The notes: generated by a model from the letters alone, not told the origin. A stretch of 38,121 bases of DNA from a virus (IMGVR_UViG_3300034019_000289:1-38121), one strand, 5' to 3'; shown: positions 25,580 through 34,407, numbered from the stretch's first letter. Made by a program: numbers and translations.

Positions 25580-27717
25580 GCGTATTGCCTATCCATCGGT
25601 ATGGGCTGATATTCGCCAGCCTGAATGCGCTGCTGAAGCTGTTCATCGGGCATAGCGGCCATCTGCACGTTCTGCACTGGACCTTGACCGGCACTCGCCT
25701 GCATTCCCTCGGCATACGCATCCACATCGGGAACGTCCTTCATGCGAAGGTAGGAGAGGAGCATCTGCGCCACAGGAAGCTGGGTGAACGTCTCGGCTGC
25801 AATCTCGGGTATGGCGAGGGCTTGCTGAAGAATCATTTCCATGCCGCTCGTGTCTTGCAGTCCGGGCATCGAGCCGGTGAACGGTTCCATGTTAAATTCA
25901 AGTGACATTCTGGACGGGTCAATGGTTGCTGTCATGGTCTGCGGGTCGATCTCCCACGGCGCACCAGTGGGGTTCTTACCGAGTTCACGGCGAATACGGT
26001 CTGCAAACCGCCCTTGGGCATAGGACATTTCTTCCGAGAGCGAGCCGTACTGCACTTGGTTGTAGGCGTACCGCCAGAACAAGTCCTGCATTCCTTGTGC
26101 GCCAAACTTGTAGCACCAGACGGCCATACGGCTATTCTGTTGGTAATTCGCGGTATTGACCGCCGCTTTCGTCGTGCGCTCTGCCTGCAAGGAATCAATC
26201 AGGTTGTTAGTGCCAAGCCCATCAGCATCCCAAGCCATAAGCTGGCTGATAAGGGCCAACTGCTGTGAGGAGTTATCCATGTGGGGGAAGTTCATGATCG
26301 CGGACTGTGCCTGCTCGGGGGACACGAAGGGCTTTGCCCAAATCGCCAGCTTGTGCGGAGTGGTCTGATTCAGGAAGTGCTCCATGTCAATCAGGTCTTG
26401 GTTGATTACCGTGATCCCGCCGTTGACGCTCTTCCTGAAAGACGCTTCAGCAAGGTTCACCATGTTGTTGGCAAACTTGTGCGAGCCAAAGTTCACCATC
26501 AGATCGCCAACGGGGGATATTTCATGCCCTGCCGTGTTCGGGCCAAATTCCACCCAGCTGTAATTGCCGTCCCCATGATTCAAGGGACCAAACCCCGTGA
26601 TGATGCTATCGGCAGAAATCTCGATGAAATACTTCACCGGATACTCTTCGTCGCCAACATTCCAGTCTTTTGGAATAATCTGCATCTCAAGGTATATCGC
26701 GCAGACAGGCTGCGTTTTCATGGTCGCCTTGTTTTGAGTCGTGTTGTTCATGCCCGTGCGGTCATTGCGCCCACTGGTCAGGAAGTGGCCGTTCCAGTAC
26801 GAGTCCGAAAGTCCAGCATCCGCTAGCACCTTCACGTACTTCGCATTGAAGTAGCGGGGGTTGGCATCCCTGCCCTGCATCCGCTCATTGGCAACGTGCG
26901 CCTTGTCATCCATCTCACGGTTGATCATGGTTGGGATGTTGGTGTCGTAGGTGCGCCCGCCGTATTCGGCTTCTTGGTAGAAGTTCGTGGTGGTGTTGGG
27001 GTCGCGGATGGTGCGGAAGGGGTCCCAAGGACGCAACTGCGTTCCCTCGTAGAGAACCATGTCCTTGAATTCGCGCTTGATGGTGTTGATGTCGTCCTTG
27101 GACGCTTTGCCGCCGATAGCCTTGAACATCTCAACCGCCGTTGCGGTAATCTCGGTATCCACCGGCTTGCGCCCGCGCTTCTGCTTCCATTCCGTGCCTA
27201 CCGTGCCACGGCCAAATGCCAGAGCATCGTCCACGGCGGTATGCAGGTGGAGGCCAGCGTCGAAACGCAACGCCTGCTGCTGGACAACATGCTCCATCGA
27301 GGCGGCGTTAATCAGGGATGCGGCACCGATACCGGGCTTACACCGCCATATCGGGTCACGGATGAACACACTATGCCAAGACGCGCCGATCATGTGCCGG
27401 TTCTTGTGCGTCATAGGCAGGACAATCATGTTGTCCTTGTCCTTGGATGTATTACGCGGGTTCTTATTCTCGGTTGCCACGTATCCGGTCATGGTCCACT
27501 GAAGACGGCGATAATCGTCCCGGTATTCAGCCGAGCCGATTTCCCACTCATGCACCATTTCGAGCACGTAATTGACAAGCGATTCGTGCAGGGAATTCCC
27601 CGGCTTCATCTTCTCCCCGAGGTCGCCATAGTCATAGTCGAAGTTTACGGCTTCGCCCTGAAGGCGTTCCTTGCGGTTCCTAGATGTTTCATTGGGATAT
27701 GGGAAAGGTTGCTGCAC
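25576..27717 (-). CDS. Portal protein, 713 aa
   Basis: Directly follows TerL; size, DALAFGRG, WDPF and ERTT motifs, and Q-rich C-terminal tail fit podoviral portals. Confidence 0.8.
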   Translation of the reverse strand: MQQPFPYPNETSRNRKERLQGEAVNFDYDYGDLGEKMKPGNSLHESLVNYVLEMVHEWEIGSAEYRDDYRRLQWTMTGYVATENKNPRNTSKDKDNMIVLPMTHKNRHMIGASWHSVFIRDPIWRCKPGIGAASLINAASMEHVVQQQALRFDAGLHLHTAVDDALAFGRGTVGTEWKQKRGRKPVDTEITATAVEMFKAIGGKASKDDINTIKREFKDMVLYEGTQLRPWDPFRTIRDPNTTTNFYQEAEYGGRTYDTNIPTMINREMDDKAHVANERMQGRDANPRYFNAKYVKVLADAGLSDSYWNGHFLTSGRNDRTGMNNTTQNKATMKTQPVCAIYLEMQIIPKDWNVGDEEYPVKYFIEISADSIITGFGPLNHGDGNYSWVEFGPNTAGHEISPVGDLMVNFGSHKFANNMVNLAEASFRKSVNGGITVINQDLIDMEHFLNQTTPHKLAIWAKPFVSPEQAQSAIMNFPHMDNSSQQLALISQLMAWDADGLGTNNLIDSLQAERTTKAAVNTANYQQNSRMAVWCYKFGAQGMQDLFWRYAYNQVQYGSLSEEMSYAQGRFADRIRRELGKNPTGAPWEIDPQTMTATIDPSRMSLEFNMEPFTGSMPGLQDTSGMEMILQQALAIPEIAAETFTQLPVAQMLLSYLRMKDVPDVDAYAEGMQASAGQGPVQNVQMAAMPDEQLQQRIQAGEYQPIPMDRQYA

Positions 27718-27718
27718 G

Positions 27719-29485
27719 TTATACCGCCCATGCGCCAGTGAGGATGCGCTGCTTTATCTTCTCGTTGTCCGTTGTCTTAGGGAACCGCTCCACGTTCTCG
27801 TACTTCTTCGGCTGGGCATCGAATCGGATACCTAGTTCGTCCATCACGCCGGGGATATAGCCAGCACAGTCCGTGAGGCCGTAATCCTTCATGCGGGGGT
27901 ATTCGAGTAGCCGCTGTTCCAGCCAGCCGCCCTTCATGTCGATGTGGTGGAAGATTTCCTTGCGCTCGTAGAAGGGGGCAATCTGCTGCGCACGCCAAAT
28001 CTTGATAGCGTCCTTGCCAGAGCCGTAGTCACCAGCCTTGACGTGTCCCATACCGAGCCACACAAGCCGGATAGGCATGTCCATCGCTGCCGCCGCAACT
28101 TCCCAGTTGACCTTCTGCGGGCCTTCCATACCGATCTTTTCAGGGCATACATACCGGCTGTTGGTCTGCACGGCCAGCTTGAAGGCACGCTCAATGACCT
28201 GATTGGCGGTAAGCCGCTCCTGCACTTCGCGCCGGATATACACCTTGCCGTGGCGAGGGTCGAACGCCACCGCCAACATGCCGGTGAAGTCCGCAGAGGG
28301 GGTATCAGACTTGGAAGGGTCGATGATAACCACGCGCACCAAAGCGTTGTCGGTCTGGATGTCTTGGTCCACCGGACGGGCGTAGTGCTGGAACTGGCTG
28401 TTGTGGAACGTGGCACCTTGGCGGGCCGCAGGCATACAGAGCATTTCGCGGCAGAATACGTCCAACGTACCCTGCTCCATTGCGTCATTCGCTTCCCGTG
28501 AAAGCTGGGCATCGCTACGGAAAGCGGGGCGCAGGCTCTTGTACGTATAGGACTTGAATCCGCCCGGTTCTTCCTTCTCGATTTCCACGCCAGCAGGGAA
28601 CGTCACCGATTTCCAAGACGATAGCGTCAAGAGCCTCGACATCAGTGAGTCGTGGTGCTTCAAGGTATCGACATGGAACACGCGGTATGGGGGAGTCCAG
28701 TTAGCGCGAGCACCGGCAGGCTTATTCCACCGGCCAGTAGTCGGGTTGGGGGCTTGGTCCTGTCGAACGCACTTCAGGAGCGCACCGAAATACCACTTGT
28801 TCAGCTTCTCGCGGTTCAACTCGTTCAGCACTTCTTCATCATCTTCCAAGTCGTCAATCAGAATCAGGTCTGGACGAATGCGCTTGCCAAGGATACGGGC
28901 GTTACGGCCACGAACACGGCCTTGTGCGGACTTGGGGACGATGATCCCGAACGGTTCGCCGGGGTTGTTCTTCGCATTTGCGGGGTTGCAAGCAAACCAC
29001 TGCTTCGAGGAGAAGGACTTCGTTACGCCGTCATAGCTGCGGGTCTTCATGATCCCGAAGTAGTCGTGAATAGCATCATTGCCCATCAACTCTTCTTTGA
29101 GGTTCTCGGTCTGCTTGGCAGCATCATCATGCGTTGCGGCGATATACATGATGTACTTGCTTTGCCGGAGACACAGGCTGCGGGCCATCTTGGCCTGCAT
29201 GGCCGTGGTCTTACCGCCGCCACGGTGGGCGCAGATAACGGTGTTCGGCTGCTCGTCATCATCAATCAGCCGCCACATGGCCTTGTCGTACTCGTCCAGC
29301 TTGCGGTCGAACGAATCCGCCATAAACATGGTCGCAAAATACTCGGACGGCGTTTCCTCATACGCGCCTTCCTTCAACCCGTGGCCGACACACAAAAGAA
29401 CCTCCTGCCGCTGCACATCTTTTGTGTCGCAGAACTGGCTCATGAAGGAGTCTTTGTAGTCGCCGCTAAAATTCGGGTTCGGCAT
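27719..29485 (-). CDS. terL: Terminase large subunit
   Basis: Walker A HRGGGKTT, RGR..RPD and Walker B LILIDDLE; RNase H-like nuclease VIIDPS...DFTG and C-terminal D..DC. Confidence 0.92.
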   Translation of the reverse strand: MPNPNFSGDYKDSFMSQFCDTKDVQRQEVLLCVGHGLKEGAYEETPSEYFATMFMADSFDRKLDEYDKAMWRLIDDDEQPNTVICAHRGGGKTTAMQAKMARSLCLRQSKYIMYIAATHDDAAKQTENLKEELMGNDAIHDYFGIMKTRSYDGVTKSFSSKQWFACNPANAKNNPGEPFGIIVPKSAQGRVRGRNARILGKRIRPDLILIDDLEDDEEVLNELNREKLNKWYFGALLKCVRQDQAPNPTTGRWNKPAGARANWTPPYRVFHVDTLKHHDSLMSRLLTLSSWKSVTFPAGVEIEKEEPGGFKSYTYKSLRPAFRSDAQLSREANDAMEQGTLDVFCREMLCMPAARQGATFHNSQFQHYARPVDQDIQTDNALVRVVIIDPSKSDTPSADFTGMLAVAFDPRHGKVYIRREVQERLTANQVIERAFKLAVQTNSRYVCPEKIGMEGPQKVNWEVAAAAMDMPIRLVWLGMGHVKAGDYGSGKDAIKIWRAQQIAPFYERKEIFHHIDMKGGWLEQRLLEYPRMKDYGLTDCAGYIPGVMDELGIRFDAQPKKYENVERFPKTTDNEKIKQRILTGAWAV

Positions 29486-29496
29486 TCAGCTTCCTT

Positions 29497-29533
29497 AAAA
29501 GAAAAAGCACCCCGACCCCGAAGGGTGGAGTGC
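29497..29533 (-). terminator. Rho-independent terminator immediately upstream of terL
   Basis: Minus strand GCACTCCACCC-TTCG-GGGTCGGGGTGC followed by TTTTTCTTTT; C(UUCG)G tetraloop. Confidence 0.8.
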
Positions 29534-29572
29534 CATTACGTGAACGTGAGGGCTATGTAAAAACGAATCCTT

Positions 29573-30223
29573 TTAGTACGCCGCTATTTCCGACCACACA
29601 ATTGTAGCACCGAATTGCCACGTTCCGGTAGCCGGTACAGTGGCGCGAAGGACGAAGCCCTCATTCTGTGCAAGTATCAATGGGTGAACGCCGTTGTCAT
29701 CAAACAAAGAGACTTGGTTGGCGTATTGTACGCTTACGACCGTACCGAACGACAATGAGATTTGTCCCACCGCCTGAGTATCCAATGTCTTTGTTCCAGC
29801 CGTACAGGCCGCTGTGACCGATGCCCTAATTTCACCAACCAGCGTGGTTCCGTGTGAGGTGCGCATCTTGCCGTTGTTCGTTGTAACCGTGAGGGGAGTT
29901 CCACCACCACCAGCTACGGTCCATGAACGCGCCACGAACATATCCACCTTACCAAACCCTGCTGCGAACGCGGTAGCAGAGCCACTAAGCCCGTCCAGCG
30001 TCACGGAATGGATCGAGGCCAATCGCGTTGCATCAGTCCAGCGGTACTGCAATATTTCCGAGTTGGCAGCAAGTCCTGCGGCCATCGTGCCAGACAGGTG
30101 CGATATACGGTAGGAGCCAAGCCCGTTTACGTCAAGCGGCATATTTACCGTGCGGATAGCGCGGAAACCTGCGCCGTCCACTTCGGCTATCGTGCCGCCG
30201 TTACCCTGTAATTGGATTGCCAT
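29573..30223 (-). CDS. Hypothetical beta-rich virion protein, 216 aa
   Basis: G/A/T-rich composition and position among structural-like genes. Confidence 0.6.
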   Translation of the reverse strand: MAIQLQGNGGTIAEVDGAGFRAIRTVNMPLDVNGLGSYRISHLSGTMAAGLAANSEILQYRWTDATRLASIHSVTLDGLSGSATAFAAGFGKVDMFVARSWTVAGGGGTPLTVTTNNGKMRTSHGTTLVGEIRASVTAACTAGTKTLDTQAVGQISLSFGTVVSVQYANQVSLFDDNGVHPLILAQNEGFVLRATVPATGTWQFGATIVWSEIAAY

Positions 30224-30232
30224 ACTCTACCC

Positions 30233-31021
30233 CTATACCCACTGCCAGTGTACGGTAAACGTTCCGTAAAGTCTAGTGCCTTTAGGCTTCGCTGTTGGAT
30301 TTTCCGAAGAACGCCCCGGACCACCCTTTAAGCCAGCGGCAAACTGAGAACGCTGATCCAGCTTAATCGGACCCGGCTCATTCAGTTGGTTGGTGTTCTT
30401 GGCGTAGATCGTGAAGCCCGTTCCCGGAACTATGTTCCCCGGAATAACCTGCACCGTCTCAATCCAGTGTTCGTCTGCGCTATGGCTTGCGGTATCGGTC
30501 GCCACTATCCATGCCGATACTTTTGATCCTGAGAGAATGCCTGTCTGTCCAGTAATCGCAACGCTAGTGTCGCTCTTGCCGGGGAACGAGCCAAAGTCTA
30601 CTACGGTTGCTCCCACATTGGGAGAGCCACCACTAGCAGCATTGAGTGTGGTTCCTGACATGGTAAGGTTGGTGCCAAGCGTAATCTCTTGCGGGTCGCC
30701 AGAGCCACTATCCCCACGCCCAAGCAGCTTGGATGCTGTTGAGATGTTCTGCATCTTCGCATACGTCACAGCATCATTGGCAATGGTGGCAGCTTCCGAG
30801 CCACTTCCCGGCCCTGCTGTAACATCACCAGTAAGTTGAGTTATACCGCTACCACCACCTATATCGACCGGCTGGGCGACACCATTCGCGTCAAACTCAA
30901 TACCCTTGTTCGCCCACGCATTAACGCCAGCGTCAACACGCCGCACCTTCATAAAGTCCTGAGAACCGGTGACAAGTATCCGGTTGAAGTAAGGACCAGA
31001 GGATATGGAGTATTTAGCCAA
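30233..31021 (-). CDS. Fibre/appendage-like virion protein, 262 aa
   Basis: LTGDVT...ATIANDAVTYAKMQN...LLGR...PQEITLG segment resembles phage fibre shaft repeats; TTG start. Confidence 0.55.
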   Translation of the reverse strand: MAKYSISSGPYFNRILVTGSQDFMKVRRVDAGVNAWANKGIEFDANGVAQPVDIGGGSGITQLTGDVTAGPGSGSEAATIANDAVTYAKMQNISTASKLLGRGDSGSGDPQEITLGTNLTMSGTTLNAASGGSPNVGATVVDFGSFPGKSDTSVAITGQTGILSGSKVSAWIVATDTASHSADEHWIETVQVIPGNIVPGTGFTIYAKNTNQLNEPGPIKLDQRSQFAAGLKGGPGRSSENPTAKPKGTRLYGTFTVHWQWV

Positions 31022-31023
31022 CG

Positions 31024-31212
31024 CTAAGTCCCTTGCACCGTGCGGATGTTGTTCTTCTCCTGAAATTCCTTCAACGCGCCTCTAACGGCAGCATACCGTT
31101 CAACGCGCTGTTGCTCAAACTGACGGGCCTTCACAAGCTGGTGTGGCGCATCCTCGGAGTAGAAGTCTATCCCGTAGGACCGGCATTCTTTCTTCAACCT
31201 GCGCAGGTTCAC
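31024..31212 (-). CDS. Hypothetical protein, 62 aa
   Basis: GTG start with AAGGAG SD; fills the gap. Confidence 0.6.
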   Translation of the reverse strand: MNLRRLKKECRSYGIDFYSEDAPHQLVKARQFEQQRVERYAAVRGALKEFQEKNNIRTVQGT

Positions 31213-31310
31213 CCTTCACTCCTTGCCTTGAAGCCATATCGTTTCTCAATCGCGCCGACAAACATCAGCAACGACTGCCGAACCATCAGCCAGAATGCCC
31301 GTTCTTCCAT
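31209..31310 (-). CDS. Small protein, 33 aa (MEERAFWLMVRQSLLMFVGAIEKRYGFKARSEG; not in ORF track)
   Basis: Manual translation. Starts 2 nt after the upstream stop and ends in a GTGA overlap with the next start; amphipathic helix. Confidence 0.6.
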   Translation of the reverse strand: MEERAFWLMVRQSLLMFVGAIEKRYGFKARSEG

Positions 31311-31312
31311 CC

Positions 31313-31771
31313 CTACATCGCCGCCAACTGACCGGAAATAATGACTGCCGTAGTCGTGCCACAACTCGCTTGAAACTTCACAGCCCAAACGCCGCGAACG
31401 TCTATCTTCGCGGTTGCCGTAGCTGCTGCCCCAAGCGTAGATACGTTACCCGTACTCGTGGTTCGGTGAATAAGGATGTTTCCAAGCGTGTTCCATCCTG
31501 CTCCACTGATTAGCGTAACCCAATCGCCGGTAGGGTGAATTTTCCCCAAAAGGGCAAAATCCGTCAGTGCAGCAGCACCGGCATTCGTCATAAACACCTG
31601 CAAGGTTGCTCGGTGCCGAACAGGGATCGCCGCCGTTTCAAGCGTTGCATCTTGGGCAAGGTCAATAAGCGTATTTTGCCCGCCTTGAGTAAGGGGAATA
31701 TCCTCTAGGGTAACACCAACATCAGCGTTGACACCACCGAACTGCCAAGGGTTGAGTTGTGAATTCTGCAT
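31313..31771 (-). CDS. Small beta-sandwich probable decoration protein, 152 aa
   Basis: Alternating beta pattern, G/A/T-rich, GAGG SD. Confidence 0.55.
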   Translation of the reverse strand: MQNSQLNPWQFGGVNADVGVTLEDIPLTQGGQNTLIDLAQDATLETAAIPVRHRATLQVFMTNAGAAALTDFALLGKIHPTGDWVTLISGAGWNTLGNILIHRTTSTGNVSTLGAAATATAKIDVRGVWAVKFQASCGTTTAVIISGQLAAM

Positions 31772-31773
31772 GT

Positions 31774-32697
31774 TTAGCGTTCCTCAAGGGCGATTATCAG
31801 CCCTGTATCTGCCAGAGTTACCTGATTCTCGTCCGTAGTCATTGCGCCCGTGAAAGCCAAGCCAGTCCAGCCTATTGCCGACACATCATCAAGGTTCCCT
31901 GTAAAGCCCGTAGCCGTAAACAGAAGCCCATCAGCATGGTTGTCAGCCAAGATATTGCAGGTATAGGTGCCGTTGCTCGATAAAGACACCTGAGCGGGGG
32001 TTGTGTTTGTCCCTACATCCAAAACACCAGCAGAGGCACCGCTTATCGTGACCGTCACGAGATAACGCTTCCCGTTGGTCCAAGACACTGCCATGTCAGT
32101 CTTTACCTGCTTCAGCGTTGCCGTAGCAGCAGTAAAGGCAGCAACGCCACCAGTGATTACGATTGCAGCAGAAGCCTCGGTCCAATCGGAAGTGTCATTA
32201 AAACCACCGTTATTGATTACGTCAACCTGAGCAGTACCCGGCGTATACTCGACAATGTAACGCCCATTCACGGCAGGGTCAGAAGCATTCGTGATTCTCA
32301 CGACATCGTTCGCTACAAACATGCCGTCAAACGGTGAAATCAATTCCTCATGGTCAGAATCAATCCGAATTGTACCTTTGTTGCTAAATCCGGGATTCTT
32401 TGCACGAACATTGAATGAGGTGAAACCCTGATAAGAAGACGGGGTGATCACGTACTTGTAAAGAGTTGCACTCCCCGGAATCGCGCCCAATGTCGTAACC
32501 AACTCGTCGCGCAGCGTATCCCAGTCCGTAACCAACGCGCCTATACCAGAAGCAACGTCCGTTGGAGTATAGCCAGCATTGATTAAGCGGCTTTCAAGCG
32601 TCCCGATCTCACGACGAATACGAATCAGGTTGGTCAGTAGGCCACGACAGGTCTGCAACTGCTCGACCGCCTCTTTTTCTGTAAGCACTGTTGCCAT
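31774..32697 (-). CDS. Virion protein with N-terminal coiled coil and C-terminal CBM-like domain, 307 aa
   Basis: INNGGFNDTSDWT...ITGG...GKRYLVTVTIS...NGTYT...GFTGNLDDVS module; TAATG coupling. Confidence 0.65.
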   Translation of the reverse strand: MATVLTEKEAVEQLQTCRGLLTNLIRIRREIGTLESRLINAGYTPTDVASGIGALVTDWDTLRDELVTTLGAIPGSATLYKYVITPSSYQGFTSFNVRAKNPGFSNKGTIRIDSDHEELISPFDGMFVANDVVRITNASDPAVNGRYIVEYTPGTAQVDVINNGGFNDTSDWTEASAAIVITGGVAAFTAATATLKQVKTDMAVSWTNGKRYLVTVTISGASAGVLDVGTNTTPAQVSLSSNGTYTCNILADNHADGLLFTATGFTGNLDDVSAIGWTGLAFTGAMTTDENQVTLADTGLIIALEER

Positions 32698-32960
32698 TAT
32701 GCCACCGCCTTCGGCGGGCGACCGCGCCTCTTGGGAGTCACAGTTTCATCCGATTCCTCGGGAATTTCCGGCGTGGGGTTGTCGTTTTCGGCTTCAGCGA
32801 CATCAACATCCAAGATAAGTCGTCGCACCACCATAGCACCAGATACTCGATCCGCAGAACATGCGGATACCTCGTGCAATTCACCGTTGATGCGCACATA
32901 AACACCCGAATTGCCCGTCAATTGGACAAGGGTTGAATGTAGTCGCCTTACGTCAATCAT
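32697..32960 (-). CDS. Small protein with C-terminal AT-hook-like motif, 87 aa
   Basis: Start ATG 32960 with GGAGG SD; ends TPKRRGRPPKAVA. Confidence 0.6.
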   Translation of the reverse strand: MIDVRRLHSTLVQLTGNSGVYVRINGELHEVSACSADRVSGAMVVRRLILDVDVAEAENDNPTPEIPEESDETVTPKRRGRPPKAVA

Positions 32961-33684
32961 CTTCCGGCTCCTCCACATCTTGTGGCGTAGTATGCGTTAT
33001 CTCACCAGATACGTCAACATTCTCATTTACCGTGAACTGAGCGTTGTACGCTTCCGCAGCACGCAACTTCTTGGCGTGCATCTCGTAGAACGAATTCAGG
33101 CTCTCCGTATCCTGCGGGGCATCATCACCAACATTTTCCTTTGCAGGCTCATAGGCACGCTCGGGGTGAAGGGACATCGCTATTTGCGCGGCTTTCACGT
33201 AAGACGTGTTGGCTTTAACTTCTTCGTTGAGCACCTTCTTGATACCATCGAAGCCAACATCCGCCAAGGATCGCCGTTCTTCCAGCTTCGACTCCTGAAT
33301 CGCCTTCACCGCCATCTTCGCACGGGTCAACTGGCGTAGGATGTACTGCTTTACCGGCCAGTGGCTCAGGATTTTCTTGATCGTCGCACGGCTCTCTTTG
33401 CGAACAGAGACAATTTCCTCCATCGACAACCCCGCTACCACCATGTTGGCAATTACGGAGTGATGCAGCGGAACGTCATGTCCATCCGGCAGGTCCGAGC
33501 GGTAGGGGTAGTTGTACCGGGGGATTTCACCACCATCAGCCTCGACAACTTCCACAACTGGGGAGAAGTCACCGTGATCGAACTCCCACTCCTTCGCCCG
33601 CCGCAATGCAGGGTCGTCGTTCTCGTCGCCCTTGAGCCAGAACCCGTTCGCGTCAGGGGTGTATTTGGACAGTCCACCGGCCAT
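32953..33684 (-). CDS. HTH protein, candidate terminase small subunit, 243 aa
   Basis: Start more likely ATG 33684 (GGGAG SD, just after the endolysin stop). HTH-like VAGLSMEEIVSVRKESRATIKKILS, helical middle and a C-terminal VDVSGEITH strand. Confidence 0.5.
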   Translation of the reverse strand: MAGGLSKYTPDANGFWLKGDENDDPALRRAKEWEFDHGDFSPVVEVVEADGGEIPRYNYPYRSDLPDGHDVPLHHSVIANMVVAGLSMEEIVSVRKESRATIKKILSHWPVKQYILRQLTRAKMAVKAIQESKLEERRSLADVGFDGIKKVLNEEVKANTSYVKAAQIAMSLHPERAYEPAKENVGDDAPQDTESLNSFYEMHAKKLRAAEAYNAQFTVNENVDVSGEITHTTPQDVEEPEDD

Positions 33685-33686
33685 GC

Positions 33687-34277
33687 CTATGCTCCCAACG
33701 CCAAGGCTTCCTTCACGGATACCATCTTCTTGCCGCCCTTGCCCCATAGGATGATCTGCCGCTTGTTTTGCCGCGTACTGGATGCCACATGAACCCATGC
33801 AGGCGCGCCCGGTTCGCCAAATTCGTGAATCACTTGGTCGATGTCCAGCGCATCGAGGTTCAAGACTACGTGAACGAAAAGGTAGAAGTTGGGAGTCCAA
33901 TGTTTTCCCGTGTCGGGGATTCCTAGAATCTCGAATGCCATGCCGCGCAACGTGGCGCGGTGGGCAAGGTGGGCTTCCGACATGAATTCATAGGATAGCT
34001 TCAGGTCCGCAGCTTCGCCAACTAGGTGCTGGCTATTCGCGCTTCCCTTAACGATGGTGTTGACGCGATTGCAGCGATACCCGCTGGGGACAAATACAGG
34101 GACACCCAAGCTAATACGGATAGGGTCCAAAGTGACGTTCCCAAGTCGCGTGAGGTTATCCACAACGCCCATAGGCGGGTTGAATTGAAAGGCTTCCAAG
34201 CCATTGCGCGTGGCCGTGTCGGATTCCAGCAATTCGTAGAGCCGGAAGTACCGGCCAAGCGGTTTGTCGGGGACCAT
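33687..34277 (-). CDS. Endolysin, peptidase M15A-type Zn D,D-peptidase fold
   Basis: SGYRC..VN..VKG...SQH..GEAAD and WVHV motifs; YF.L.EL..S.TA.R N-terminus. Confidence 0.88.
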   Translation of the reverse strand: MVPDKPLGRYFRLYELLESDTATRNGLEAFQFNPPMGVVDNLTRLGNVTLDPIRISLGVPVFVPSGYRCNRVNTIVKGSANSQHLVGEAADLKLSYEFMSEAHLAHRATLRGMAFEILGIPDTGKHWTPNFYLFVHVVLNLDALDIDQVIHEFGEPGAPAWVHVASSTRQNKRQIILWGKGGKKMVSVKEALALGA

Positions 34278-34278
34278 G

Positions 34279-34347
34279 TTATTTGCCCTTCTTGGGCTTG
34301 GCGGGTTTGCTAGATGGGGCTTTTTGTTTGCCGGAATTGTTTCCCAT
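34279..34347 (-). CDS. Lys-rich 22-aa micropeptide (MGNNSGKQKAPSSKPAKPKKGK)
   Basis: ATG 34347 with GGAG 9 nt upstream; stop lies 1 nt before the endolysin ATG. Confidence 0.45.
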   Translation of the reverse strand: MGNNSGKQKAPSSKPAKPKKGK

Positions 34348-34364
34348 GCTGTAAAACTCCAACT

Positions 34365-34407
34365 GTCAAGGATTCCTTGACTGTTCAGTTGTCAAGTAAT
34401 GCTTGAC
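34365..34407. promoter_or_regulatory. Tandem palindromes GTCAAG-N5-CTTGAC (candidate operator pair)
   Basis: GTCAAGGATTCCTTGAC at 34365-34381 and GTCAAGTAATGCTTGAC at 34391-34407, 26 bp apart, in a short intergenic gap. Confidence 0.6.

Noticed and set aside
2705-29560. Many other long plus-strand ORFs (for example 2705-3748, 18611-19660, 24385-25275, 26896-27741, 28652-29560)
   Set aside because: All lie opposite well-supported minus-strand genes in GC-rich DNA and read as antisense shadows.
20784-33900. Long N-terminal extensions in the ORF track (starts 20936, 21915, 25401, 32978, 33900; likewise 972 and 34792)
   Set aside because: Downstream ATGs have better SDs and/or abut the upstream stop, and most extensions overlap the neighbouring gene.
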